Positions 10,246 through 19,914 are shown, numbered from the stretch's first letter. The stretch: 64,000 nucleotides of DNA from Deltaproteobacteria bacterium GWB2_55_19 (GCA_001797465.1 MGPQ01000010.1:4028-68027); one strand, 5' to 3'. Made by a program: numbers and translations. The notes: generated by a model not told the origin, from the sequence alone.

Positions 10246-13053
10246 ATGAACGGGACAGGCTACATACTCGTCGTAGAGGACTCGAGGACGCAGGCCAGAC
10301 AGCTCGAGGAAACATTGAAACCGCTCGGGTGCAGTGTCTCTCTCGCCTACAACGGCAAGGAGGCGCTCGAGGTCATGCGGAGAGAGAGGCCGACCCTCGT
10401 CATAGCGGACATACTCATGCCGGAGCTCAACGGGTACCAGCTCTGCAAGATAATAAAGGCCGACGACAAGCTCAAGGACGTCCCGGTCGTCCTCATAACC
10501 CAGCTCTCGGACCCCCACGAAATAGTGCGCGGCATGGAGTGCGGGGCGGACGACTTCATCGTAAAGCCCTACAACGAGGACTTCCTCCTCACAAGGATCC
10601 AGGCGATACTCAGGATAAAGGTCGAGGAGCACGAGGCCGCCAAAGAGGTCGTCATCCTCGTCGTCGAGGACAGCCCCACTCAGGCCGAGCAGATGAAGTT
10701 CATGCTCGAGGAGAACGGCTACACCGTCAATCTCGCTTCGAACGGGCGGGAAGGGCTCGATGCCGCGAGAAAGATCAGGCCCACCATAATCATAAGCGAC
10801 ATACTCATGCCCGAGATGGACGGGTACGAGTTCGCCTACGAGGTCAAGCGCGACCCTGAGCTCAAAAAGACCCCGGTAATACTCGTCACCTCGCTCCTCG
10901 ACAAGAAGGACATCGTCCGCAGGGCCTCGGTCGTCGCGGACGGCTACTTCACGAAGCCCTTTGACGACAGGTACCTCGTCTCAAAGGTCGAGTCCCTCCT
11001 CGCCTCTTCCAGGAGGGAGGCGGAGGGCGACGGCGATAAGATAAACGTCTCCTTCGCCGGAGAGCATTACGCCATTGCCTCGGGCAGGAGGCAGATACTC
11101 ACCTTCCTCCTCTCCATATACGAGAACGCGGTCCTTCAGAACAGGGACTTGGTCCTCATGCAGAGGGAGCTCCAGCTCCTTAACGAACAACTCGAGGAAC
11201 GCGTCATAGAGAGGACCCGCCAGCTAAAGGCCTCCGAGGCCAAGTACCGGACCCTCCTTGAGACGAGCGCCGACGCGATAGTCGTCGCGGGCATAAACGG
11301 CACGGTCTATTTCACCAACAAGGCTGTGGAAACCCTCTTCGGGCTCAAGTCCGAAGAGCTCATCGACAAGCCCTTCATCGTACCCGTAGCCGAGAGCGGC
11401 ATGCGGGACATCGAGATAATCCGGAAGAACGGCGAAAAGGCGATCGCCGAGATGAGGGCCGTGAAGACCACCTGGGGAAACGAGGAGACTTATCTCGCCA
11501 CCTTCAGGGAGATAACCTTAAGGAAGCGCATGGAGGAGGAGCTCCGGGAAAGCGAGGAGAACTTCAGGGCTCTCGCCGACAACGCCAACGACGGCATCGT
11601 CATCACTTCCGGGCCCTTCGGGGCGATAACCTACGCTAACAAGCGTTTCTCCGAGATGTCCGGGCACACGGTCGACGAACTCCATGCGTTCAACATAAGC
11701 GGGCTCTTGAGCCCTGACGACACCGGGGACAACAGCGGCTTTTTCAAGGAACTGCTCGACGGGGCGCACTGCCTCGACCAGCAAGAGGTATATATAAAGA
11801 GAAAAGACGGCCGGCTCCCCGTGGAACTCGTCGCATCGCGGACGCTCTGGCACGGACAGAGCGCCCTGATCATAATCCTCCGCGATATAGCCGAGAGGAA
11901 GAAGAGGGAGGAGGAGATCCTCAAGGCGTCGAAGCTCGAGTCCCTGGGGACGCTCGCGGGAGGGATCGCGCACGACTTCAATAACCTGCTCACCGGCATC
12001 ATCGGCAACATTTCCATCGCGCGCCTCCTTGCCGGGCCCGACGAGAGGATGGGAAAGGCCTTAACCGACGCCGAGAACGCCTCCCTGAGGGCAAAGGACC
12101 TGACCTTCCAGCTCCTTACTTTCGCGCGCGGCGGGGCGCCAGTAAAAAAACTCTCCTCCGTCGCGCAGGTCATCAAGGAATCCGCGACGTTTTCGGTGCG
12201 CGGCACGCAAATACGCTGTGACCTTAACGTGCCTGACGACCTCTCACCCTTAGAGATAGACGAGGGGCAGATAAGCCAGGTCATCCACAACATCATCATC
12301 AACTCCGAGCAGGCGATGCCGAACGGCGGCGTAATAGCCGTAAAGGCCGAAAACGTCGTGCTTGGCCCCTCCGACAACCTCCCCGTAGGGCCCGGACGGT
12401 TCGTGAAAATTACCGTCAGCGACACCGGCGTCGGGATCCCGGCGGAGGTCATCTCCAAGATTTTCGACCCTTACTTCACCACAAAGGAGGAGGGCTCGGG
12501 TCTTGGGCTCGCTACAGTTTACTCCATCATAAAAAACCACAGCGGCTTTATCACCCTTGAGTCCACGGTAGGGATCGGCACTTCTTTTTACATCTACCTC
12601 CCGGCGGCCGAGGGCAAGCAGGTTTCCCCGAAAAAAGGGACTGAAGCGGGAGCGGTCATTGGCTCCGGCAGGATACTCATAATGGACGACGAGGAGATAG
12701 TCCGCGACGCGGCCGGCGCGATACTTACCGAGCTCGGCTACGTGGTCGCCTTCGCCGGCGACGGCGCAGAGGCGTTAGAGGCGTACAAGAGAGGGATGGA
12801 ATCGGGCGAGCCCTATGACATCGTCATAATGGACCTCACCATCCCCGCGGGCATGGGCGGGAAAGAGGCTATAAAGAAGCTCCTCGAGATAGACCCCTCT
12901 GCCAGCGCCATCGTCTCAAGCGGATATTCCAATGACTCCATCATGTCCGAGTTCGAGAAATACGGTTTTTCAGCGGTGATAGCGAAGCCGTACAGGATAA
13001 GCGACCTGAGCCAGACCGTGCACAGGGTAATCTCCTCAAGGAGGAGGGGTTAG
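10246..13053 (+). CDS. Hybrid sensor kinase REC-REC-PAS-PAS-HisKA-HATPase-REC, probable output of the chemosensory cluster
   Basis: Two N-terminal receivers, two PAS-like segments, GGIAHDFNNLL H-box, DTGVGI, FDPYFTTK, GSGLGL, C-terminal REC. Confidence 0.9.
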   Translation: MNGTGYILVVEDSRTQARQLEETLKPLGCSVSLAYNGKEALEVMRRERPTLVIADILMPELNGYQLCKIIKADDKLKDVPVVLITQLSDPHEIVRGMECGADDFIVKPYNEDFLLTRIQAILRIKVEEHEAAKEVVILVVEDSPTQAEQMKFMLEENGYTVNLASNGREGLDAARKIRPTIIISDILMPEMDGYEFAYEVKRDPELKKTPVILVTSLLDKKDIVRRASVVADGYFTKPFDDRYLVSKVESLLASSRREAEGDGDKINVSFAGEHYAIASGRRQILTFLLSIYENAVLQNRDLVLMQRELQLLNEQLEERVIERTRQLKASEAKYRTLLETSADAIVVAGINGTVYFTNKAVETLFGLKSEELIDKPFIVPVAESGMRDIEIIRKNGEKAIAEMRAVKTTWGNEETYLATFREITLRKRMEEELRESEENFRALADNANDGIVITSGPFGAITYANKRFSEMSGHTVDELHAFNISGLLSPDDTGDNSGFFKELLDGAHCLDQQEVYIKRKDGRLPVELVASRTLWHGQSALIIILRDIAERKKREEEILKASKLESLGTLAGGIAHDFNNLLTGIIGNISIARLLAGPDERMGKALTDAENASLRAKDLTFQLLTFARGGAPVKKLSSVAQVIKESATFSVRGTQIRCDLNVPDDLSPLEIDEGQISQVIHNIIINSEQAMPNGGVIAVKAENVVLGPSDNLPVGPGRFVKITVSDTGVGIPAEVISKIFDPYFTTKEEGSGLGLATVYSIIKNHSGFITLESTVGIGTSFYIYLPAAEGKQVSPKKGTEAGAVIGSGRILIMDDEEIVRDAAGAILTELGYVVAFAGDGAEALEAYKRGMESGEPYDIVIMDLTIPAGMGGKEAIKKLLEIDPSASAIVSSGYSNDSIMSEFEKYGFSAVIAKPYRISDLSQTVHRVISSRRRG

Positions 13054-13251
13054 GGGCCTGCCCTGGACCGACAGCGCCTTTTTGGAGCGCCTTCCCCGCA
13101 CCGGACTTAAAGGCCCCTGCCCATGAACTGGAAAAGCCCGCATGTACAGGCATTGCCATGCATAATTTTCCCCTTGATACCCTTCCCCGGAATGGTTATC
13201 ATACAGGATTAACGGAATAAAAAAGCATCATATGATATAAGGAGCGCAGGA

Positions 13252-13893
13252 ATGGAGAGTCTCGATCACCAGGTAATGGACCAGGATTACAAGCAACACC
13301 TTCTTGAGATCATGTACGTGAGGTCGTTCAAGCATGACCCCGAGAGCGGGTTTCTGCTTACGAGCGGCACAAAGAGCGACGTCTATATAGACGCGAAAAA
13401 GACGGTCTTGAGCGCAGAGGGCATGGAGCTCGTGGGCTACACATTCTTCCACGAATTGAAGCTCGTGCCGATTGACGGCGTAGGCGGACTTACGCTCGGC
13501 GCCGACCCCATAGCGTATGCCGCGGCCCTCATCTCCACCATGAACGGGAAATCCCTCGACGTCTTTATCGTGAGGAAAGAGCCGAAGAAGCATGGCACCA
13601 TGCAGTTTATTGAGACTAACCTCCAGAGCGGCGCGGACGTCTGCGTCATAGACGACGTCGTCACCACAGGCGGCTCGACGATCCAGGCTATCAAGCGTGT
13701 GCGCGAGGCCGGGTTCAACGTTGTAAAGGTCCTCGCCCTCGTCGACAGGGAGGAAGGGGCGGCCGAGAACATCGAGAAGGAGACCGGGTGCAAGCTCCGC
13801 TCGATATTCACCAAGACCGACTTCCTCGAACTCCACAAGAAGATGACCGAGAAGGACAAGAAGCCGAAGGAGACGGAAAAGCCGATATTCTAA
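13252..13893 (+). CDS. pyrE: Orotate phosphoribosyltransferase
   Basis: FLLTSGTKSDVYID, VRKEPKKHG, VIDDVVTTGGS PRPP motif; adjacent to pyrF. Confidence 0.92.
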   Translation: MESLDHQVMDQDYKQHLLEIMYVRSFKHDPESGFLLTSGTKSDVYIDAKKTVLSAEGMELVGYTFFHELKLVPIDGVGGLTLGADPIAYAAALISTMNGKSLDVFIVRKEPKKHGTMQFIETNLQSGADVCVIDDVVTTGGSTIQAIKRVREAGFNVVKVLALVDREEGAAENIEKETGCKLRSIFTKTDFLELHKKMTEKDKKPKETEKPIF

Positions 13894-13908
13894 GACAACA
13901 GCAATTTC

Positions 13909-13938
13909 AGGGGAAGCCTATCGGGCTTCCCCTTTTTT
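13909..13938 (+). terminator. Intrinsic terminator after pyrE
   Basis: AGGGGAAGCC-loop-GGCTTCCCCT followed by a T run. Confidence 0.75.
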
Positions 13939-13962
13939 GTATCTTCTTGCAAGGATGGACAG

Positions 13963-14685
13963 ATGGAAGCCAAACAGAGGATAATTTTCGCGCTCGACGT
14001 GCAGACAATCGCGGAGGCCGAGTCGTTAGCGGCGCTTTTAAAAGACCACGTCGGCGTCTTCAAGATAGGACTTGAACTATTCGTCGCGAGCGGGCCGTCT
14101 GTTGTGGAAGCGGTGAGGAAAAAGGCACCCGGGTGCGGCATATTCCTTGATCTCAAGCTCCACGACATACCGGAGACGATCAAGGGCGCGATGAAGTCGG
14201 CCTCAACGCTCGGAGCGGCCTTCGTGACAGTGCACACGAACGACGGCTCTTCTCTCTTAAAGGCCGCGGTAGAGGCCGGCGGCGCTTCCAGGATACTCGG
14301 CGTGACTGTGTTGACGAGCCTTTCGGCTGAGGCCCTCAAAGAAGCCGGGATAGATATCGCCAGGTTCAAAGACCCTTCAGACCTTGTTTTGCAGAGGGCG
14401 AGTGTCGCGCGGATGGCCGGGTGCGCGGGTATTGTCTGCTCTGCGCAGGAGGCGGCGCTTGTCAGGAAGGAGTTCGGCCCGGACTTCCTTATCGTTACGC
14501 CGGGGATAAGGTCAGAGGGCGACGCAATCGGTGACCAGAAGCGGGTCGCGACCCCATATGAGGCGATACGAAACGGGGCGGACTATATCGTCGTCGGCAG
14601 ACCCATCAGAAAGGCCTTGGACCCAATAAAGGCGGCGGAGAGGATAGCGGCAGAGATCGAGAGGGCGTTAAAAGATAGAAAATAG
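13963..14685 (+). CDS. pyrF: Orotidine-5'-phosphate decarboxylase
   Basis: FKIGLEL, FLDLKLHDIPET, VTVLTS, VTPGIR, DQKRV, VVGRPI. Confidence 0.95.
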   Translation: MEAKQRIIFALDVQTIAEAESLAALLKDHVGVFKIGLELFVASGPSVVEAVRKKAPGCGIFLDLKLHDIPETIKGAMKSASTLGAAFVTVHTNDGSSLLKAAVEAGGASRILGVTVLTSLSAEALKEAGIDIARFKDPSDLVLQRASVARMAGCAGIVCSAQEAALVRKEFGPDFLIVTPGIRSEGDAIGDQKRVATPYEAIRNGADYIVVGRPIRKALDPIKAAERIAAEIERALKDRK

Positions 14686-14709
14686 GTTTGTTCGGATATT
14701 GAAATTGCG

Positions 14710-14739
14710 AAAGGCGGGGTGAAAGCCCCGCCTTTTTTT
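14710..14739 (+). terminator. Intrinsic terminator after pyrF
   Basis: AAAGGCGGGG-TGAAAG-CCCCGCCTTT plus T run. Confidence 0.75.
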
Positions 14740-14745
14740 ATTTTG

Positions 14746-14914
14746 CCCCCTCTCCCCTTGTGGGAGAGGGCTGGGGTGAGGGGTTCTTATTTACCCCTCC
14801 TTGACAAGGAGGGGCCAGGGGAGGTCGCCTTTAGAAACGACCCCTCCCCACCTCCCCTTGTTAAGGGGAGGAGTATACAATCCTTTGCGGGTTCAGGTTG
14901 CAAACCTGAACCCC
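14746..14914. repeat. Mosaic of four short palindromic REP-like elements
   Basis: CCCTCTCCC..GGGAGAGGG..GGGGTGAGGG (14746-14783); CCCCTCCTTGACAAGGAGGGG (from 14794); CCTCCCCTTGTTAAGGGGAGG (to 14872); GGGTTCAGGTT-GCA-AACCTGAACCC (14887-14914). Confidence 0.7.
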
Positions 14915-14955
14915 TTGATTCGTGACCCCGCTTGCGCAGGTTCACACCACCAACA

Positions 14956-15648
14956 TCAACCCCTCTTCCTCGCGTACCCGAGATAATTTACCGTCGTGTC
15001 GTTCGAGATCTTGAACTCGAGTTTCAACGGGTCGTAGGTCATGCCCTTCAACTCCTCTATCTCGACCTTGTTCTCTTCGAGTATCTGCTTCAATATCGAC
15101 GGCCTGACAAACCTGTTGTAGTCGTGCGTGCCTTTCGGGACCATGTTGAGGAGGTCTTCGGCGACGAAAATGGCGAAGAGGCGCGCCTTCATAGTTTTAT
15201 TGATGGTGCCGAAGAAGAAGAGGCCGCCTGGCTTTAACATGGAGAGAGAGTCGCGGAGAAACCCCTTTAAATCGTCTACATGCTCAAGAACCTCGGCGCA
15301 GACGATGATGTCAAATGGGGCTGGCGCGTCCTTTACCAATCTCTCTGGGGAAGATACCTTATAATCGATAGAGAGGTTGGATTCTGCCGCGTGCCTCTTT
15401 GCCGCGTCTATCGCAACCGGGGACAAATCTATGCCCGTGACCCGCGCGCCTGCGCCTGCGAACTTCTCCGAGAGAAGGCCGCCGCCGCAACCGATGTCGA
15501 GGACGGTCTTATCCGAGAGGTCGCCGGAGCGCGACGAGAAGTAATCGAAGCGGAGCGGGTTTATCCTATGGAGGGAAAAGAGCTTCCCCGTAGGGTTCCA
15601 CCATTCCTGTCCGAATTTTTCAAACTTTTCAGATTCAGTTGTCATCAT
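14956..15648 (-). CDS. ubiG: Ubiquinone biosynthesis O-methyltransferase UbiG
   Basis: EWWNPTG..LHRINPLRFDY, LDIGCGGGLLSE, EVLEHV, TINKT, VPKGTHDYNRF, VNYL; ATG overlaps ubiD TGA. Confidence 0.88.
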   Translation of the reverse strand: MMTTESEKFEKFGQEWWNPTGKLFSLHRINPLRFDYFSSRSGDLSDKTVLDIGCGGGLLSEKFAGAGARVTGIDLSPVAIDAAKRHAAESNLSIDYKVSSPERLVKDAPAPFDIIVCAEVLEHVDDLKGFLRDSLSMLKPGGLFFFGTINKTMKARLFAIFVAEDLLNMVPKGTHDYNRFVRPSILKQILEENKVEIEELKGMTYDPLKLEFKISNDTTVNYLGYARKRG

Positions 15649-17102
15649 TCTATCCCGTAGTCCTTCCACTTCCTGTCCACAAGCTCAACGATAAGCCTGT
15701 CCATCTCCATCTTCTCTCCCCACTTCCTCACAACCTCGGGCGGGTACTTGTTTGTGGCGTCTATGCCCATCTTCGACCCGAGGTTCTCAAGGGGCGATGA
15801 GAAGTCGAGATAATCTATCGGCGTGTTCTCGATTATTAGCGAGTCCCTCTTAGGGTCAACGCGGGTCGAGATCGCCCATATAACATCCGCCCAGTTATGG
15901 ACGTCGATGTCGTCGTCCACGACGATGATGTACTTCACGTACATGAACTGCTTCAATACGCCCCAGATGCCCATCATGAGGCGTCTCGCATGGCCGGGGT
16001 ATTCCTTTTTTATCGAGACGACCGCTATCCTGTACGAGACCGCCTCCATCGGGAGGCAGAAGTCAACGACCTCCGGGAACTGGAGCTTAAGAGACGGGAG
16101 GTAGATGTTATTGAGGACTGTCCCTATGACCGCGTCCTCCTTCGGGGGCCTTCCGGTTATGGTCGTAAGGTAGTGCGCGTCTTTTCTCCGCGTTATGGCC
16201 TTTAGGTGAAAGACCGGGAAAGGCTCTGCCGCGTTGTAGTAGCCGGTGTGGTCTCCGAACGGCCCCTCGGGCGCGGTATCTCCGTGGCGTATCTCGCCTT
16301 CAAGTATTATCTCGGCGGATGCCGGGACCTTCAGGGGAATCGTCTTGCACTCGACGAGCTCTATCGCCTTCTTCCTTAAAATCCCCGCGAAGTGGAACTC
16401 TCCGACGTCCTCTGGCACGGGTGTGACGCCTGCGATGATGGTAGCTGGCTCGGCGCCGATGGCCACAGCGACGGGCATGGGCCGCCCGGTCTTTTCCCAC
16501 TCCCGCTGGTGCTTGGCCCCGCCCCTGTGCGCGAGCCAGCGCATGATGGCGCGGTGCCTGTCCAGATACTGCATCCTGTATACGCCGACATTGAACGGGC
16601 CGCCGTCCGGCGACTGCGTTACGACGAGCGGCCATGTGATAAGCGGCCCCGCGTCCTTTGGCCAGCACTTTATGATAGGGATGGAAGACAGGTCCGCGTC
16701 GTCCCCTGTCTCGACGACCTCCTGGCACTCGCCCGACCTTACGGTCTTGGGGCCGAGCGTCAGCACCTTGCCGAAAAAGGGTATCTTTTTTACCGCGTCC
16801 CAGAGGCCTTCGGGCGGCTCGGGCCTCTGAAGGAGCGCGATGAACTCGCCTATCTCTCGTAGCTCCGCCTCTTCTACACCCAACCCCAGCGCCACGCGCT
16901 CTCTGGTCCCGAAGAGGTTCCCTACTACCGGCAGTTTGTAGCCCTTGACCTTCTCGAAGATAACCGCAGGGCCGCCAATGCGGACAAGCCTGTCCTGGAC
17001 CTCGGCGATTTCAAGGTTAGGGTCGACCTCTGTCTTTATCCTTTTAAGGAGCCCTTTTTTTTCAAGGGTGGAAAGAAAATCCCTTAAGTCGTTGTACGCC
17101 AT
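15645..17102 (-). CDS. ubiD: UbiD family prFMN-dependent 4-hydroxy-3-polyprenylbenzoate decarboxylase
   Basis: YNDLRDF, NVGVYRMQ, MRWLAHRGG, EGPFGDHTGYY, GRPPKED, DYLDFSSP, LGSKMGIDAT. Confidence 0.9.
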   Translation of the reverse strand: MAYNDLRDFLSTLEKKGLLKRIKTEVDPNLEIAEVQDRLVRIGGPAVIFEKVKGYKLPVVGNLFGTRERVALGLGVEEAELREIGEFIALLQRPEPPEGLWDAVKKIPFFGKVLTLGPKTVRSGECQEVVETGDDADLSSIPIIKCWPKDAGPLITWPLVVTQSPDGGPFNVGVYRMQYLDRHRAIMRWLAHRGGAKHQREWEKTGRPMPVAVAIGAEPATIIAGVTPVPEDVGEFHFAGILRKKAIELVECKTIPLKVPASAEIILEGEIRHGDTAPEGPFGDHTGYYNAAEPFPVFHLKAITRRKDAHYLTTITGRPPKEDAVIGTVLNNIYLPSLKLQFPEVVDFCLPMEAVSYRIAVVSIKKEYPGHARRLMMGIWGVLKQFMYVKYIIVVDDDIDVHNWADVIWAISTRVDPKRDSLIIENTPIDYLDFSSPLENLGSKMGIDATNKYPPEVVRKWGEKMEMDRLIVELVDRKWKDYGIE

Positions 17103-17109
17103 CAGGACC

Positions 17110-17988
17110 TCAGATGTAAAAGTCTATCAATATGAATACGAGGACAAGCCCCCCAAAAAACGCGTTCGCTGTAAACGACCTCCACGCCGTCGCTCTCGTA
17201 GGCGTCCTCTTTACCGTATTGACTGAACGGATAAACGCTATGAGAGAAACGAAGACGCCTCCGAAGAAAAAGGCGCCCATCCCCTTCAAATAGCCCGCGA
17301 GCGAGAGCGCAATCGCCATGCAGACGTACAGAAGATAAAGCGCCTTATATACAGAATCCCCGAAGAGGAGCGCCGTTGATTTCACGCCAATCTTTATATC
17401 GTCGTCCTTGTCCATCAAGGCGTATATGGTGTCATACGCTATCGACCAGAATATGTTGGCGGCAAATATAAGGAGCGGGACAATCCCGAGCGCGTTGTTT
17501 ACAGCCGCCCATGCCATGACCGCGCCCCAACCGAAGGCCATGCCGAGGACGGCCTGGGGCCAGTGGCTGACGCGCTTCACAAACGGGTAGACAGAGGCGA
17601 GCGCGATCCCGATAAAGGAAAGGACGATGGTAAAGGGGTTAAGGAAGAGCACGAGTACGAAGGCGAGGAGCGAGAGCGCGGCGAATACAAAAAGGGCCTC
17701 CCTGACGCAAAGCCTCCCGCTCGCTATGGGGCGCGACCTGGTGCGCTCGACGAATGGGTCGAACCCCCTGTCCGCGACGTCGTTTATGGCGCACCCGGCG
17801 CTACGCATGAGGAAGGTGCCGATGACGAATATCACGAGGACCTTCAAGGGCGGCCTCCCGTCTGAAGCGAGGAAGAGCGACCAGAGTGTGGGCCAGAGGA
17901 CGAGGAGAGTGCCCTGCTGTCTCGGGAGCCTTATGAGGTCCGAGACCGCCGAGAGCTTCTCCGATGAGATGGTCCCGGTCCGCATCAT
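17110..17988 (-). CDS. ubiA: 4-hydroxybenzoate polyprenyltransferase UbiA
   Basis: GTLLVLWPTLWSL, MRSAGCAINDVADR..D..VERT..RP, YPFVKR, YDTIYA..DKDDD..IGVKSTA; multiple TM helices. Confidence 0.88.
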   Translation of the reverse strand: MMRTGTISSEKLSAVSDLIRLPRQQGTLLVLWPTLWSLFLASDGRPPLKVLVIFVIGTFLMRSAGCAINDVADRGFDPFVERTRSRPIASGRLCVREALFVFAALSLLAFVLVLFLNPFTIVLSFIGIALASVYPFVKRVSHWPQAVLGMAFGWGAVMAWAAVNNALGIVPLLIFAANIFWSIAYDTIYALMDKDDDIKIGVKSTALLFGDSVYKALYLLYVCMAIALSLAGYLKGMGAFFFGGVFVSLIAFIRSVNTVKRTPTRATAWRSFTANAFFGGLVLVFILIDFYI

Positions 17989-18581
17989 CTCTCCTTAAAA
18001 AACCTGTTCGAGATTATCTCCGGGCTGAATATTTCGGTGACGCCCGCCTTTATGACCCACTTCGTGGGGGACGAGTTGTTATAAAGGATGTACCGCCGTG
18101 CTATTAGAGGGGTTTTCGCGTCTATCCCCAAGTCCGTTGCCGCGCTCTCGCACGAGACGACCCCGACCTCGAGTTTTTTCTTGGCGAAAAAGACCTTCCT
18201 CGTCGTAAGGACCCGGCCTAAGGGCTCAGAGCTGTTCGCGAGTATGTCGTTTAATATCGAGTCCTCTATCCTGTCGAGCGGTATGACGGAGTGGGCGTAG
18301 ACGAGCCTTTTATCCTCTACCTTAAGCCAGACCTCCCTTTCGAGCGCGTCCTTGCCGGTCCTCTCTTCGAGGTAGGCGGCCTCGTCCTTGAGCTTCGTTA
18401 TGCCCTGGAACTTCACCTCCACCTCTACCATCGACCTCCAGAGGAGCTCGAGGTCGAGCGTCATCGAACCGTCGGAGAGGAGGAGGAGCTTCTGATGGGG
18501 CAGTAGCCCCGTGAGCTCAGGCCTGTCTTTCTCTTCCTCGGCGCTGAACCAGTCCTTGAGGATGGCATAGTTGAACGGCAT
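17985..18581 (-). CDS. ubiC: Chorismate pyruvate-lyase (UbiC/DUF98-like)
   Basis: LLLSDGSMT..LE, REVWL, LVYAHS, PLGRVL, RRY, VTEIF; first gene of the ubi operon; stop overlaps ubiA start. Confidence 0.75.
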   Translation of the reverse strand: MPFNYAILKDWFSAEEEKDRPELTGLLPHQKLLLLSDGSMTLDLELLWRSMVEVEVKFQGITKLKDEAAYLEERTGKDALEREVWLKVEDKRLVYAHSVIPLDRIEDSILNDILANSSEPLGRVLTTRKVFFAKKKLEVGVVSCESAATDLGIDAKTPLIARRYILYNNSSPTKWVIKAGVTEIFSPEIISNRFFKER

Positions 18582-18589
18582 AAGGAGTG

Positions 18590-18618
18590 AAATTACCACA
18601 TAGAGGGTCTTTGGTCAA
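18590..18618 (-). promoter_or_regulatory. Promoter of the ubiCADG operon (near-leaderless)
   Basis: TTGACC-17 nt-TAATTT with extended TG; 8 nt from -10 to ATG 18581; no SD. Confidence 0.6.
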
Positions 18619-18735
18619 CAACACCGAAAAGCGGAGGAGTATTGGCGACAGGGGAGAAAATCTTTTCACCCTTGCCCGTCTTACCCGTTAAGAGGACGGC
18701 ACCCTCTCCCACAAGGCGAGATGGTGCTTGTCCCT

Positions 18736-18769
18736 AAAAAAAGGCCGCCGGACTTTCGTCCGGCGGCCT
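18736..18769 (-). terminator. Intrinsic terminator after the CI-like HTH gene
   Basis: AGGCCGCCGGAC-loop-GTCCGGCGGCCT with A7 on the left (T run on minus). Confidence 0.72.
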
Positions 18770-18819
18770 CTATTGAGTTCTCTAAAGTAAAGCGCCTGAT
18801 GCTATCCCCCGGGGGGGCC

Positions 18820-19317
18820 TTAGTTCTTTGTGGCGAGCGTCTCTTTCGCGGGCTCGGCGTACTGGGGCTCGGGCTGTTCGGCGGCCTTCAAAAAAGCGTC
18901 GACGCTGTACTTTATCGCCGCGGCTGTGGACTTGTTCTGTCCGCGGAGGATCTTAAGGAGCTTTCCGACATAGATTATTTCGTCAGCGGAAAGGGCCGCG
19001 ACGTCAGGCATCCTGTAACCCTCTTTTCCTTCCTTGCCGTATGCCGAAGTCTCCTCAGCCGCTATCATGTAGGTCTTGAAGTCCCCGCCCTTTGCCGAGG
19101 CCTTGTACATCTCGCCGTCGCCGGATATAAGCCAGTCGACTGAGAGGCCGTAGATGTTAGCGAACCGAAGGACGAGATCTGTCGGCATCTCTCCGCGTTT
19201 CTTGTAATTGGAGAGCGCCTGGGGCGTTACGCCGAGAACCCTGGCGACCGCGGAGTCGTTCTTGAGCTTTCCTGCCCAGCGCATCCTCTCTATGATATCT
19301 GAATAGCTTACGCCCAT
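18820..19317 (-). CDS. Phage CI-repressor-like HTH domain protein without a peptidase domain
   Basis: IIERM...ARVLGVTPQALSNYKKRG..P...VDWLISGDGEM; AAGGAG RBS before ATG 19317. Confidence 0.75.
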   Translation of the reverse strand: MGVSYSDIIERMRWAGKLKNDSAVARVLGVTPQALSNYKKRGEMPTDLVLRFANIYGLSVDWLISGDGEMYKASAKGGDFKTYMIAAEETSAYGKEGKEGYRMPDVAALSADEIIYVGKLLKILRGQNKSTAAAIKYSVDAFLKAAEQPEPQYAEPAKETLATKN

Positions 19318-19564
19318 ATTATTCTCCTTTGGCTGTGAATTAATCATCCAGATGAAATTTTTGCGGCGTTTCCCGTTAAAAGGGACCACATAATGCCCTT
19401 TAAAAAACGGTTAAGGAGTGAGTAGGAGGCTTAAACCGAGAGGCCAATTCAAAAAGCGTGAGAAATCGGCAGAAAAACCGGAGGTCGCGTTTCAGGAATT
19501 GCCGAGCGTCACTGCTCACCCATAGTGACCAAGCTATCATAGCTTAATCATTGGTATTTCTTAA

Positions 19565-19593
19565 ATTATAAACCTTTTGGAAAACCCTGTCAA
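19565..19593 (-). promoter_or_regulatory. Perfect-consensus sigma70 promoter upstream of the HTH gene
   Basis: TTGACA (19593-19588), 17 nt, TATAAT (19570-19565). Confidence 0.75.
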
Positions 19594-19914
19594 TAGCCTG
19601 CTATAAATATTATTTAGTAGCCTTTCTAAGCATGAATAACTGCCGGTACGGCCTTATGAAAATCAATGAGAGCTGGAGGGGGCCCTGCCGCGCCGGCAAC
19701 AGGGGCTTCAGCCGTTTTGAATCCCTGCCCCCTGGAATCCCTCTTTTTGTGAAGTACAGTTTCAACATACGGTTTCCCGACATCCCCCACCTGCTTCACC
19801 GGCGATCGACAAAAAGGTTGTATCGCAGGATATCCGGGTCCGGACGGCGCAAGAAAAACCTTGCGCGGACGGGAACGAATGGTCTATGTAGCGTAAGGGT
19901 TTTAACGAGATGGA

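Noticed and set aside
15645-17988. Futalosine menaquinone genes mqnL/mqnP
   Set aside because: UbiA has the LWPTLW-type N-terminus rather than the MqnP-type FALPF motif, and is coupled to ubiC and ubiG with no mqnA-E nearby
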